A stretch of 64,000 bases of DNA from the human T2T-CHM13v2.0 reference genome, Homo sapiens (GCF_009914755.1 NC_060937.1); one strand, 5' to 3'. Counted from the first letter of the stretch, positions 13,825-26,948 are shown. Program-made: numbers and translations. Notes: generated by a model not told the origin, from the sequence alone.

Positions 13825-14248
13825 TTAAGCCAAGCACAGAAAGACAAATACTACAATATCTTACTTATATGTGGAATCTTAAAAAGTTGAAATGGTAGAT
13901 GTTGATGGTAGAATAGTTACCAGAGGCTATGAAGTATAGAGGAGAGGAGATAGGGGAGAGATTCATTAATGATATGATGTTACAGTTTCATAGAAAGAAT
14001 AAGTTCTAGTGTTTAATTTCATATTAGGGAAACTAGAGTTAACAAAAATGTATATTTAAAAATAACTAAAACAGAGAACTTTGAATGTCTACATTTTAAA
14101 GAAATAAGAAATGTTCAATGTGATGAATATCCCGTTCATCCTGACTTGATCATTACAGAATATATACATGTATCAAAACAGCACAGTGTACCCCATAAAT
14201 ATGTACACTTACTGTGTGTCAATCAAAAATAAAATGAAAATTATAAAA
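13825..14248 (+). mobile_element. L1MA 3' end, sense segment of the same twin-primed insertion
   Basis: aagccaagcacagaaagacaaatac...gtaccccataaatatgtacac followed by an A-rich tail and the TSD. Confidence 0.85.
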
Positions 14249-15524
14249 AGAATAGTTGTTCGTCAGTGCTCCACAATTATTATATAGTGAATACATAATA
14301 ATATAAGAAGGAATTTTAACAGTCTAGCAAACATTTGTATTCATTAAGGAGAGCTTTCACAATCAGACCCAATCAGACCCTGATTACACAGCAATTTAGC
14401 CATATCTGTACATGCAGTTTTATCAGTTACACCCACATTCTATGTGTTCAGGGATTGTTTGGGATACTGTGAAAATATAACTGCAAAAATGAAAAATTCT
14501 TCAGTTAAAATTGGACAAAGAATTTTATAGATTAAAAACATCATCATTTATGCCTGGCGAGTGCCAACTCACAGTATCTCATAGAATGGAAGAATTAAAA
14601 TAAGTGTGTGCCTGCCACGTCACCTAGTTTGATGTGTTGATCTTGAGTCTTACTTATTTTCAAGAATCCTATAATATAACCCAGGCTTTATCAGTGAAAC
14701 ATTATCTTCTCCTACTCCCTAATGTAAATCCTGCTTGCAGTCAACCCAACTTTCTGGATGACAGCTTTTTTTTTCTCATCCATACCTTGGGCTCATTATC
14801 TTTATCTTTTCCTTTTTCTCTAGCAATCTTCCACTTATTATACCAAAGTATAATTAATCCTCCATCTCTTTTGTGGAATATTATTTAACCTAATTGCTCT
14901 CTTTTACCTCTGGATTCCTTATCTATGTATTGTTTAGATTACTCATTTCCACTCTTGCACATGCATGCATGTATTTTATTTTCCTTTTAGACTATAAGTA
15001 CCTGGAGAATAATGCGTTTTATACATCTTCATTACTGGAGATTGATTTATGTGATAGATATTCACTAAGTAGATATTCAAGTTAATCGAATTATTTCATT
15101 GTTATGCATTAATATACAACTACCTGGTGTTGAAAATATTCCATTTTGCAACGTATTTCTAATGGTGTTGCTTAACTCCCCCTTTAAAATACTGTCTTCA
15201 TGACCTCATGACTTTTAATGTAATGATAACATTTACTATTTGATTTCTAATAATTTCTTCTTTGGTAAGTTTAAGCCCGTGGATTATTTTCTTTCTATCC
15301 TCTTGTCTCATTCGTATTTCTGTACATGTTGAGTAATCTCCTCTTTATCATAAACTTTCTCCTCAAGTTATTCAGAATTACCCTTACATTAAATATCAAA
15401 TCATTTAGGTCAGTGTTTCCTGGATTGAGTAACGTGACTACTGAGGAAAAGAACAAAATAAAGAAGAGTAGCATAAGAAAAGAGTCATGCAAATGTCTAT
15501 AGAAGTTTCTAAAACTTCAAATTT

Positions 15525-15782
15525 ATTAAACTTACACATATGATAAAATTGTGTAGAACTATATACACACACAAACACAACGCACACATACACACACACA
15601 TACCAGTACTCTTAATCTAGGGAAAATATAAATAAGATTGGTTAATTATAACAGTGTGAAAATCCTGTTGTTATACTCTACTATAGATTTTGTGGGTAAC
15701 TGAGTAAGGGTAAGGGCATATAATATTTTAATTATTTATGGCAGTTACATATAAATCTACAATTATCTAGAAATTTAAAAGG
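15525..15782 (+). mobile_element. L1MC/L1MD-type 3' end
   Basis: tgataaaattgtgtagaactatatacacacac...aatctacaattatct is characteristic of L1MC3/4-like 3' ends. Confidence 0.65.
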
Positions 15783-16404
15783 TCACATTAACTTAGTTCG
15801 TATTTAAATTTTGTCCATATGTCTTCATAAGGACTATCTCACCATAACATATCTGTAGGTGCACTTCAGAGATGAAGAAACTGAGCCAGGTGGGTGAAGG
15901 GACTTGCAAAAAATGCATTATGTCTAATACTTCATGTCAAACAGCAGTAGACAAAGAATAGATATAGTCCTCTGAAAAAGCACACATTGGCTAACAATTG
16001 CCAACTATGTAAGACGTAACTATATGTATGGAGTGAAATTGGGATTCCATATATTAGCAAATATTTATTGAATGTTTATCATGTTGTGAGATATTCATAA
16101 AGACCTAATATTTTCAAAGTTGGCTTGAGTTTAGCACTTTAAAAATAAGCACTCATTTACTCCTCTACAAATCTTAAGTATGAGGTTGGTATTTTTGTTT
16201 ATCTTTGCAGACAAGAAATTTTGACATTAGATGCTTAAGTAAGTGATAGAGGCAGAATAACCCCTCTGATTCATTATGCTGCAATTCAAACAGAAAAGTG
16301 AAAAATAATGAGTGATAAAGAAGATGCTAACATAATAATTAACAATGGTTCACTATCTTATAGTGTTAGTCTTCTTTAAGTCTTCTTAAATGTCTTCTTC
16401 AGCA

Positions 16405-16703
16405 TTTTATTTTTCTTTTTAAGAGACAAGGCCTTGCTCTGTCACCCAGGCTAGGGTGCAGTGGTGTGATCCTAGCACATTGTAGCCTTGGACTCTTAGG
16501 GTTAAGAGATCTTCCCACCTCAGCCTCCTGAGTAGTTGGGACCACCGGCACACGCCAGCATGCCTGGCTATTGTTTTTTTTATTTTAGAGATGGAGGTCT
16601 CACTATCTTGTCCAGGCTGGTCTCAAACTCCTGGGCTGAAGTGATCCTCCCACCTCAGCCTCCCAAATTGCTGGGACTATAGGCATGAGATGCTGCATGC
16701 AAC
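16405..16703 (-). mobile_element. AluJ (Jo/Jr-like)
   Basis: Diverged Alu dimer with AluJ features. Imperfect TSD ttcttcagcattt/ttctttagaattt. Confidence 0.9.
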
Positions 16704-17081
16704 TTTCTTTAGAATTTAGACTTATGTAGTCTTTAATGAAGGTGAACACCATCAGATGATGAACTATAAAATTATGAATTATTGTTTATAATAAATTATA
16801 TAATAAATATCAGCAAAGAGCTCAATATAAAGGTAGTAATCAGAGAATTGTAGATGTTTTTGATCAACTATGTCCTAGCACCAATAGTGGAAAGAGGCCA
16901 GGATGAGAAGCATAACAGTAACATAAACAAATAATAAATTGCCTTCAAAATAGAGATTCCTTTCAGTGAACTCTAAAAACCCTAGAATTTTTTATTTTTG
17001 GAAAACCTGCTCTATTCTTAAATTTGTTTTATTATGAAATTTGTGCTATAAAGCTGAAAATAGTAAGGTGGCCTAGCATTC

Positions 17082-17406
17082 TTTTTCATTTTTATTTTTT
17101 TATTTTTTATTTTAGTTTAGTTTTTTGAAACAGGGTCTCACTCTGTCACCCAGGCTTTCTGCAGCCTTGACCTCCCAGGCTCTCTGCAGCCTTGACCTCC
17201 CAGGCTTAAGCAATCCTCCCACCTCAGCCTCTTGATAACTGGCACTATAGGTGTGCACCAAAATGCAGGACTAATTTTTGTATTATTTCTAGAGATGGGG
17301 ATTTGCCATGTTGTCCAGGCTGGTCTCAAACTCCTAGGCTCAAATGACCCAGCCACCTCAGTCTCCAAAATGCTGAGATTACAGGCGTCAGCCACCATGC
17401 CTGGCC
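17082..17406 (-). mobile_element. AluJ with internal 25-bp tandem duplication
   Basis: Alu dimer in which tctgcagccttgacctcccaggct occurs at both 17158-17181 and 17183-17206. Confidence 0.9.
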
Positions 17407-17624
17407 CATTTTTAAATAAAAGCAAATGACCATAATTTATGTCACAGTGCAATGCATCCTAATTTTTCAAATGTTAGAATTCTCTTTTTAGGTAAGGGAA
17501 TTTTACACATCCACATAAGATATGAATTTATTGTTTCCACATGAATTTATGACACCAATAAAATAATTCCAAAGGCCTCTCACTATCGACATTTTGAAAC
17601 TATTTTTAGGGGATTTAAGAAAAT

Positions 17625-17719
17625 TCACCTTTGAAAACTTAGGATTTCTTTGGCATATCATCAACCTGGAGTAAGAAAAAAACAGGCAAATAATTATTCA
17701 TAGGTAACATCGTGTCATG
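17625..17719 (+). repeat. Dispersed direct repeat A, copy 1 (95 bp)
   Basis: Colinear with 19887-19981, with 10 mismatches counted by eye. Confidence 0.93.
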
Positions 17720-18249
17720 CTTTTTTAAATTTTTCTTCTTTGCTTTGTCTGCATAACACTGAAACATATTTGATGGGTGTTTGGCATTATTTACTCATTT
17801 TGCATTATTATTTTAGGCAGAATGATTTGGGTTTCAAGTGAGAGAATTCCAACTTGAAATAGGCAGGATGTGATGAATATTTAGTCTCAGAACAAAATTT
17901 GTGAAGGCTGAAAGTATATTTGGCATCAGGGATCCTAGACCAGAGCATCAGATGCCATCAAGATATCTGCTGTCAGTCTATATTTACTTCCTTTATATAT
18001 AGAGAATTTTTTTTTAATGCACAAAAATTTTGCACAATGGCTGCCAGCAACTCCTGAGCCCAGAAAATTTTGGGTTAGATCATCTTTATTATAGCTAAAG
18101 AGATGGGAATTATGGTTCATTGCCAGTACCAAACTACAGGGTTTGATGAGGAGAGAGGGGGCAATTCCCCAAAGGAAGGAGTTGCTAATATAAAAAGAAA
18201 AATGTTCTGTAGACACAGTTAAGTTGGTATTTTGTCATTAAAAATTTCT

Positions 18250-18550
18250 TTTTTTTTTTTTTTTTTTTTTGAGACGGAGTCTCGCTATCGCCCAGGCTGG
18301 AGTGCAGTGCCATGATCTCGGCTCACTGCAGGCTCCGCCCCCTGGGGTTCACGCCATTCTCCTGCCTCAACCTCCCGAGTAGCTGGGACTACAGGCGCCC
18401 GCCACCTCGCCAGGCTAATTTTTTGTATTTTTGGTAGAGACGGGGTTTCACCGTGTTAGCCAGGATAGTCTCGATCTCCTGACCTCATGATCCTCCCGCC
18501 TCGGCCTCCCAAAGTGCTGGGCTTACAGGCGTGAGCCACCGCGCCCGGCC
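18250..18550 (-). mobile_element. AluY, AluYe5-like
   Basis: Diagnostics caggctccgccccctggggttcacg, gccacctcgcc, and a 2-bp deletion in gtctcgctatcgcc. Perfect 18-bp TSD ttgtcattaaaaatttct at 18232-18249 and 18551-18568. Confidence 0.9.
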
Positions 18551-18739
18551 TTGTCATTAAAAATTTCTATAAGACAACAATATTCTCATTCAGACTGCAT
18601 TGTAATTTTTTTTTTAACTTTTTATTCTTTTGTACTCATGAAGGTGAGATAAAACAGGAAATAGGTAATCAAGCACACACATCAGCATGCACACACATGC
18701 ACACATCTGATAGCTCATTCTCCATTGCAGATCCTCATC

Positions 18740-19858
18740 TTCCCCAGCTCTCAACATTGCAGGAGCCTAGAGCTCAGTCTCTGAATATATCCTGTCTTCT
18801 ATCTCTGCCCAGTCCCTGGATGAGCTCATCCATTTTATGGCTTTAAATACTATCTATATACATATAGCAACCAAATTCATATACACAACCTGAGCTCTCC
18901 CTTAAACTGTACTTTTACAACTAACTGTTATCAAATTTAGTAAGGCCAAAATGGATATATTGATTCCCACTGCACTTTTAGTCTTCCAGATCTCAGGAAT
19001 GGCAATTTATCATCCACCTGTTCAAGTCAGAAACCTTGGCATCATCTCTCTCACAGTGTATATCCAATTCACAGGAAATTTCTTTCAGCTTTATCTATGA
19101 AATATATCTATTTACACATTCTTTCACTCCCCCATTATCTACAGAAACCAGTGGTTCTCAATTGAGGGTCATTTTGCTCCCTAGCCATATTATTGCATAT
19201 TATCGGGCAATATCTGGTGATATTTTTGCTTGTCAAAACATGAGGGTGCTACTATCATTCAGTGGGTAGAGGTTAGAGGTGCCATTAAACATCCTGCAAA
19301 GTACAGGCAGTCTTCCACAGCAACAAATTATCCCTTCAAAAATGGCAAGAGTACCTAGATTGAGAAACCCTAATGTGCACCAAGATTCCATTATCTCTCA
19401 CTGCTATTTTCCTAAAATGTGTTCCTAAATAGTCTTTAAATTTCTTCCCTAGCTACCCATCTACAATCAGGTAATCACAGAGGAGTCAGAAGGATCCTTT
19501 TAAAAAGCTCTTTAGATGAAATAACTCCTCTGCTTACAGCCTTTGCAGGCATCCACATGGTTCACATCATCGCTTCCTACTGGTCTGTGCCCAAATGCTG
19601 ATATACTGTGGAACCTTTCATGCCCACGCAAACTAAACTAGCATATGCTTGCAACACCATTCTCTGTTTCTTAACCTGCTTAATTTTTTTTTCTTAACAT
19701 TTTACCAGACACATTATATACTTATTTACCTTTTTATTTTCTGATTTGTTAAACTAGAATTTCATAAGGAACATTGTTTTTGTAAAGTGATATATCCCCC
19801 AGTCACTAGAACTTTGCCTAGTACATGAACCTGATAATCATTGTTGAATTTAACAAAA
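18740..19858 (+). mobile_element. L2 3' portion, interrupted by MER20
   Basis: L2-like gagctcatccattttatggctttaaatactatctata, gtcagaaggatccttttaaaa, and a decayed ttgttgaat tail. Confidence 0.75.
19149..19372 (+). mobile_element. MER20 (hAT-Charlie)
   Basis: Termini cagtggttctcaa...ttgagaaacccta, with internal gtgggtagaggttagaggtgccattaaacatcct. Confidence 0.85.
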
Positions 19859-19886
19859 TATATTTTGTTTTTTATATATAATAAAA

Positions 19887-19981
19887 TCACCTTTGATAAC
19901 TTAGGATTTCTTAGGGATCTCATCAGCCTGGTGTAAGAAAAAAACAGGTAAATAATTATTCATAGGTAATATCATGCCATG
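19887..19981 (+). repeat. Dispersed direct repeat A, copy 2
   Basis: Matches 17625-17719. Bracketed by ttttatatataata at 19870-19883 and 19991-20004. Confidence 0.93.
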
Positions 19982-20052
19982 TTTATTACATTTTATATAT
20001 AATATATATGTATATATAAATATATGTGTATATATTTTAATATATGTATATA

Positions 20053-20489
20053 TAGTATAGTTTGGATGTTGATCCCTTCCAAACCTAATGTTGAAAGTTG
20101 ATCCCTAATATTGGAGATGGGACCTAATGGGAGGTGTTTGCATCATGGGGGTGGATCATTCATGAATAGATGAATTCCCTTTCTGGGAGGGTAGGGAAAG
20201 GAGTTTGTTCTCACTCTATTAGTACCACAGACAGCTGGTTGTTTAAAAGATTCTGGCACCTGCCTTTCCTCACTCTTGCTTCTGCCCTCTGACCATGTGA
20301 TATTGGCACACATCAGCTTCTCATTACTTTACCCCATGAGTAGAAGCTTCCTGAGGCCCACATCAAAAGCAGATGTTGACACCATGCTTCTTGTGTGTCC
20401 TGCAGAACGATGGGTCAAATAAACATTTTTTTAAAATAAATTACACAGTCTTAGGTCTTCCTTTGTAGCAACACAAATGGACTAAGACA
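20053..20489 (+). mobile_element. MSTB-type MaLR solo LTR
   Basis: Starts tatagtttggatgtt...tgggaggtgtttgcatcatgggggtggatc and ends gcaacacaaatggactaagaca. Confidence 0.88.
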
Positions 20490-20962
20490 CCTAATGTAAT
20501 CGTTTATTCATATATTGTGTGAATAGTTTTGAGATACTATTGACCTCTCTTAGTTTTAAAACCTTTTTTTCTCATTTACAAAAATACTTCATATTTTTTT
20601 TCTGTCAGAATATTAACTGTCCATGTACTATTTTCTTGTTCCTTCTTTTCTGTCCATTCTTAATTGCTAATAGTCCTTAATCCTATCTTCAGCTTTCTTT
20701 TATCTCACATTAATCATTTTTTCTTAACACTTCTTTCTAATGTACAACCTCAGTTACACCATGACCCTGTCATTTCGATCCTTATCTCAGCTTCTCTCCT
20801 AAATTTAGACATATCGAAATGGAAATATCACTCAATTCCTTTAACACAACATGGCTCACCCAAATCACAAAGCAGCTGATTATACAGGTTCAGGTTTGTT
20901 ACATGGTTATATGGTATGATGCTGATCTACCAGTGTTCTTGATTTTCATTAGCATTGTCACC

Positions 20963-21264
20963 TTTTCTTTTTTCTTCTTTTGAGTTGGAGTTTTGCTCTT
21001 TTTGTTCAGGCTGGAGTGCAGTAGCGCGATCTTGGCCCATTGCAATGTCCACCTTCCCGGTCCAAACAATTCTCTTGCCTCAGCCTCCTGAGTAGCTGGG
21101 ATTATAGGCTCCTGCCACCACTTCCGGCTAATTTTTGTACTTTTAGTAGAGACGGGGTTTCACCATGTTGGCCAGGCTGGTCTTAATCTCCTGGCCTCAG
21201 GTGATTCACCTGTTTTGGCCTCCCAAAGTGCTAGGATTACAGGCATGAGCCACTGTGCTCAGCT
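20963..21264 (-). mobile_element. AluS (Sq/Sx-like)
   Basis: Reverse Alu dimer with TSD accttttct. Confidence 0.92.
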
Positions 21265-21900
21265 TACCTTTTCTGTTAAAACAGAAAATTGCAAGATATT
21301 CTTCTTTAGTGTTTTATTATTTTCTTTTCACACTGGTTTGAACAAAAAATCCTCATCATCTGTAATAAAAGTAATTATATACTCTGTTTTAGCCTTTCCA
21401 TTGTTGCTTCAATGCCTCTCTTCCAGACCTCATTATTTTTTGCTTGAAATATTATAACTTTCTGTTGAATTCCATGCCAAAAATTTCAATTTTGCATATT
21501 GCCTTCAGAATTGTATTCTGTCAAAGTTTTGATAATCTCGTTCCTGATATACAAAGCAAGTAAATTTAAAATTCACACTTTCTAGCTTAGTATAACAGCT
21601 CCATCACAGATTTACATCCACCTTTGTGGTTTTATCTTCATATTCTCTTTTGACTTGTCCCTAAACTCCCACCACAAGGAACTCTACAATAGTCCCTTGC
21701 ACCACCGTGTCCTTTATTACATTTTTCTTTGGATCTTTTCTTTCTTGTCTCTGGAATACCCTATTGCTGTAACCTGAAACATTCCTAATACTCCTTTTAA
21801 AGGCAGCCTAAAGGTTGCTTTATTAAGAATTCTGTAATCACATTTACCACTTATATTTTAATTTCTCACTTTATTTCTCCTCTATGAAATTTCTGTCTCC

Positions 21901-23191
21901 TGAAAAAAACAAGCAAATGGGAAAGGACTTCCTATTTAATAAGTGGTGCTGGGAAAACCGGCTAACGATATGCAGAAAACTGAAACTGGATCCTTTCCTT
22001 ACACCTTATACAAAAATCAACTCAAGATTTATTAAAGACTTAAATGTAAAATCCAAAACCATAAAAACCCTAGAAGAAAACCTAGGCAATACCATTTAGG
22101 ATATAGGCATGAACAGAGACTTCATGACGAAAATGCCAAAAGCAGTTACAACAAAAGTCAAAATTGCAAATGGGATCTAATTACACTAAAGAGCTTCTGC
22201 TCAGGAAAAGAAACTATCATCCTGTTAGGTTTCTAACAGGAAACCTACAGAATGGGAGAAAATTTTTGCAATCTACCCATCTGACAAAGGTCTAATATCC
22301 AGAATCTACAAGGAACTTAAACAAATCTACAAGAAAAAAACAACCCATCAAAAAGTGGGTGAAGGATATGAACAGACACTTCTCAAAAGAAGACATTTAT
22401 GTAGCCAACAAACTTATGAAAAAAAGCTCAACATCACTTATCATTAGAGAAATGCAAATCAAAACCACAATGAGATACCATCTCATGAAAGTCAGAATGG
22501 CGATTATTAAAAAGTCAAAAACAATAGATGCTGGAGAGGCTGTGCAGAAATAGGAACACTTTTACACCGTTGGTGGGAATATAAATTAGTTCAACCATTG
22601 TGGAAGACATTATGGCAATTCCTCAAGGACCTAGAACCAGAAATACCATTTGACCCAGCAGTCCCATTACTGGGTATATACCCAGTGGAATATAAATCAT
22701 TCTACTATAAAGACACATGCACATGTATGTTTTATTGCAGCACTATTTACAATAGCAAAGACATGGAACCAACCCAAATGCCCACAACTGATAGACTGGA
22801 TAAAGAAAATACACCGTTGAATACTATGCAGCCATAAAAAGGAATGAGACCATGTCCTTTGCAGGAACATGGATGAAGCTGGAAGCCATCATTCTCATCA
22901 GACTAACACAGGATCAGAAAACCAAACACTGCATGTTCTCACTCATGTTAGTTGAACAATTGAGAACACATGGACACAGGGAGGGGAACAACACACACTG
23001 GGGCCAATCGGGGTGAGGTTTGAGGGGAGGAAGAGCATTAGGACAAGTAGCTAATGCATGTGGGGCTTAAAACCTAGGTGACAGGTTGATAGGTGCAGCA
23101 AACCACCATGGCACACGTATTCCTATGTAACAAACCTACACATTCTGCACTTGTATTGCGGAACTTAAAGTAAAATAAATTAAAAAAAAAA
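21901..23191 (+). mobile_element. 5'-truncated L1PA8-PA10-like element (decayed ORF2 C-terminus, 3'UTR, poly(A))
   Basis: ORF2 peptides [24 protein letters not shown] and [12 protein letters not shown] in broken frames. Imperfect TSD gaaatt(tc/gg)tgtctcc at 21886-21900 and 23192-23206. Confidence 0.93.
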
Positions 23192-24651
23192 GAAATTGGT
23201 GTCTCCGTCTCCTGGAAGTGGACTTTCTCCATGAACTAATGCGGATTTTGGAATACAGTAGAAACAAAGCAACAGTAAAAGGACAAAAAAGGATGAATCA
23301 AATATTATGTATTATTAATTCCTTAAGGTGGGTATCATCAACTTCACTTTATATAAGAGAAGAAAAAGCAAACAGTACCTAGGATATATGCCCATGATCT
23401 TGAAACAATTGCTAACAGAACCAGAACAAGAAATTCAATCTCTTTTTAAAAATCTGGTATTCTTGTTATGTACTCTTTCATGGATTTGCTCAAGTTACAT
23501 TGTATTGATAATAAGTAGTTAAGGCAGAAAATACAATAAACAGAAATTTATGGAATCTGACGTGGAAAATTCTAGGATATTTCTTCACCTGTCTTTTAAA
23601 ATTACAGTATTTTATATTGACTTTATACATTATTTTGAAAAAGCTGCAAAGTTCCTTCAAGAAAAAAGAAAATTAGAAGTTAGGAAACTTCTAAGGAGAA
23701 AAAGAGTGGGTGAAAAATCTATGTAGCTACTGCAGACAGACAATTTTTTACTCCCTTCTTTCCCATTGTATAGCCATGTAAAAGGATTTTAGATTATCTC
23801 CATTCTGCCTTCAGAAGATTTACAGCAGGAAGTTAATACAGCACTCAGCAGAAGCTAAAACACAAAATACGCAGGGAAGGGAAAGATTGCATCAGAGAAA
23901 GATAGACTTAATTGTATTGTAGATACCAAGTGGTCTCTTTAGAAATGTGTAGTAGAGCAATAAGATGAGAAATAGCTGCACAGCCAAGCTAAACAAAAAA
24001 CGATCAGCCCTCTCCCTTGAAGGATCAGTTGGGGACACTCAGGGGGAAGGGAATAGCCTGATTCCACAACCTAAAGTAAGATGTTTTCTTTACTCCAGAG
24101 AGAGGCAGATGACTAAGAAACCAGTAAAGAAACAGCATTTTAATAATAAATCAAAAGCAAACCAATAAACAACCAACAAACCAAAACACACTCCACAAGC
24201 ATCACATTTGGATTTGTATGTTATTGAGTACTGTAGAGTTATTGTCTGTGACAACTGCAGTATATGGCTATGAAGGGGTCACAACTTGGATTTTGATATG
24301 ACCAGGATTTTCGAATAATTTAGGAAGTAATGAAGATTTGTTATGATAGAGTTAATAGAAATGTCTTTTCAGTTTTTTGTTTGGTGGCAACTAATTTGCA
24401 ATTATATACAAAAAAAGATACAAAATACATGCACTTCTCACAGGAAAAATGGGTAACATGAGAATAATTTAACACTGTAATTTATGATATTTGCTATTAA
24501 AATTGTGTTATACATTAAATTCAGTATTATATGCATAAAATATATGAAAAAAGATTGTTTATATTATCTCCATTCCTAAGAGACAGTCCATACTTCACTT
24601 TCTCAACCTGATTCCAAATATACTAGCAGTTACTTTAAAAATGATTATTTT

Positions 24652-24720
24652 ATTTATTTTAATTGCAAAAATTATTAGAATTCGCATTTTTAAATGAATA
24701 AATCATATGTAATTAACATT
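24652..24720 (+). repeat. Dispersed direct repeat B, copy 1 (~70 bp)
   Basis: Matches 26962-27031 with 1 substitution and 1 indel. Confidence 0.93.
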
Positions 24721-24879
24721 GGAATAAATTAAATTGGTTAAAAGTTTGCTACCTTGAAAACTACTAAGAATATTTGATTTTATTTCATTAAACATTTTTC
24801 CATAAGTCAGTAAATATATCTGCATTTCAAATATATTGGCACATAGGTTGTTTCTATGCATTAAGTTTACATTCTCTTG

Positions 24880-25900
24880 CACTTTGTCATTTCTTAAAAT
24901 AACTATATAATAACAATGTATCTGATTTAAGTATATTTTTACACAGCACAATTTTGCATTACTGTACAATGCTGATGTATTGCATTTATTTTCAAATTCA
25001 CCTATTATTGGAAATTTTATTAATTTGCAATGTTTGGCAATTATAAATAGTTCTGCTTTCAACTTCCTACATATATTTCTGTGCACACATCTAATTATTT
25101 TCTTAAAATAGGTTTTCAGAAGTGGGAATTTTGGATAAAAGTCTGTGACTATATTTAGTGATTCAATACCTGTTGCTATACTCATCTAAGGAGAGTTTAT
25201 TGCCATATACACTTAATCTTTATTTGTAAGTGCTATGCCACTGCAATCACATCATCCTGTGGTGATGACTTAATTTGTGTTCCTTTATGTGTAATGAGGT
25301 TGTTTTTCTCAGGTATTTGGATGCCATTTGCATTACTGCTTCAGAGGACCAGTTGGATGTGCCTTTTTCCATTTTTTTGGTTGAGGTATTATTTTTTAAA
25401 ATCACTTATCTTTAACTCTGGATATTGCTAGTATTTTTTTTGCTACTATTATATTTTTAAATGTTTTTCATCAGATGATATTTTGTTTTAAAACATTTCT
25501 TTGACTGTGCTCCTTGATATGGTGTATGTATAAAAGTTTTACACAGCCAAATTTTTCAGTCAAGTTATTTATGTTTTTCAAGTTCCCACCACTTTTTTAA
25601 CAACTAGAAAGGTCTGTGCAGCATCATCAGATACATATATACCAGTATTTACTTCTGTTTTCATTTTACTTCCATATATATAAAACTCATATTAACCTGG
25701 ATTTTATTTTATTTTAAATGAAGTGTAGTAATTATATGTATTATAATTTTTCCTAAATATTTAACTAATTATTATTATTATTACATCATTTCTGTTACCA
25801 TCTACTAAAATGTCATTTACACTAAATACATATATTTTCTCAATTTTGTAGCCAGTCTTTCTATTTTATTCCATTAATTTGGCTATACCAGTATAAATGT
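24880..25900 (-). mobile_element. Highly diverged L1ME fragment(s)
   Basis: Minus-strand ORF segment KAELFIIAKHCKLIKFP resembles the L1 ORF2 C-terminal AALFTIAKTWNQPKCP. agaagtgggaattttggat is L1-like. Boundaries are approximate. Confidence 0.6.
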
Positions 25901-26301
25901 GCCCTGATTTAATTATGTATTTCAAATAATAGATATTTTTGAGTTTTGAAACATTTTGAATGATATATTTAATGTTCTTAAACTTCAGTGACCTAAGTTC
26001 TTTTTTTCTGTTTTTTTGCAAAGAAGATAATAAAAGCCTTTCACAATTATCTTCCTTTTTAAATATATGACTAGATATTCAAACAAGTCTTTATTTTTAA
26101 AATTCTAGTATCTATTGCAATAAAACTTGAAGCTGCAACTTTTAAATAATTTTTGTTTGTAAGTGGAACCCTCTTTTAATGCTGATTTGGTGATTCTTCA
26201 TGAGCATAATTTTTCCTTGTTATAACTTTGATCATTGTTTTTACTCCATTTGTCTTTACTAGGAGATAAATCTCTGTTCAGAGCCCTCAATAGCCATAAT
26301 T

Positions 26302-26948
26302 TGTTCTCATTGTTTTTCTCTGTCTTCTTTCTCTGTAGTTTCCCATTCTTGGAGTAATTTTTAAGAAAGAAAAAAGCAGCCCCAGCAGCTTTCCCCTGGG
26401 AGCTGGCCTGGGTAGCTGGGCTGTGTTGTTTCTCTGCTGAAACATCTACAATTTCACAGAATGCTAAGATTAGACAAGCGCATTCCATGCCCAGGATGGA
26501 GCATGTAAGAACAAGAATGCTCCATAATCACAGCTCTACACAGATGAAAACAAAAACACCATGAGCACCACAAAGAAGACCAACCACTCCTCTGGCCAGC
26601 ATCTGCCAGTAAATGTGACTGCTGCTGCTGCTTTAACCTGTTAGGGTGTAGCACACTCCATTTCTCTTGCCCCATAAATTAAAAAAAATTAAAGTATCTA
26701 ATTACTGAAGTCCCCACTTCCCTTTCTGAGACCACTCAAACAAAAGCTAATTCCTACTTCTTTGAATTCTCCCCCAGATTAGCTAACATGAGCCCAAATC
26801 CAATTCCGTATCTCTTTTTAACACACTCTCACTCTGTGGGTTTTTCATTTCTTGTTGTCTCCCTTACTTCAACAGGTACACATGCCAAATTTGCATGACT
26901 ATATATATACATATACATAATCTGTTCCTGAAATTTTCAGTAGTGCCA
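26302..26948. mobile_element. Old ERVL-type solo LTR (MER54/MER73/MER74-like)
   Basis: Compositional shift to a GC-richer, LTR-like block (gggagctggcctggg, agaatgctccataatc) ending ...tagtgcca. Family and orientation are uncertain. Confidence 0.4.

Noticed and set aside
24703-25185. Longest ORF in the track (160 aa, minus strand)
   Set aside because: It overlaps a decayed L1ME ORF2 end, is AT-rich and biased, and has no exon structure.
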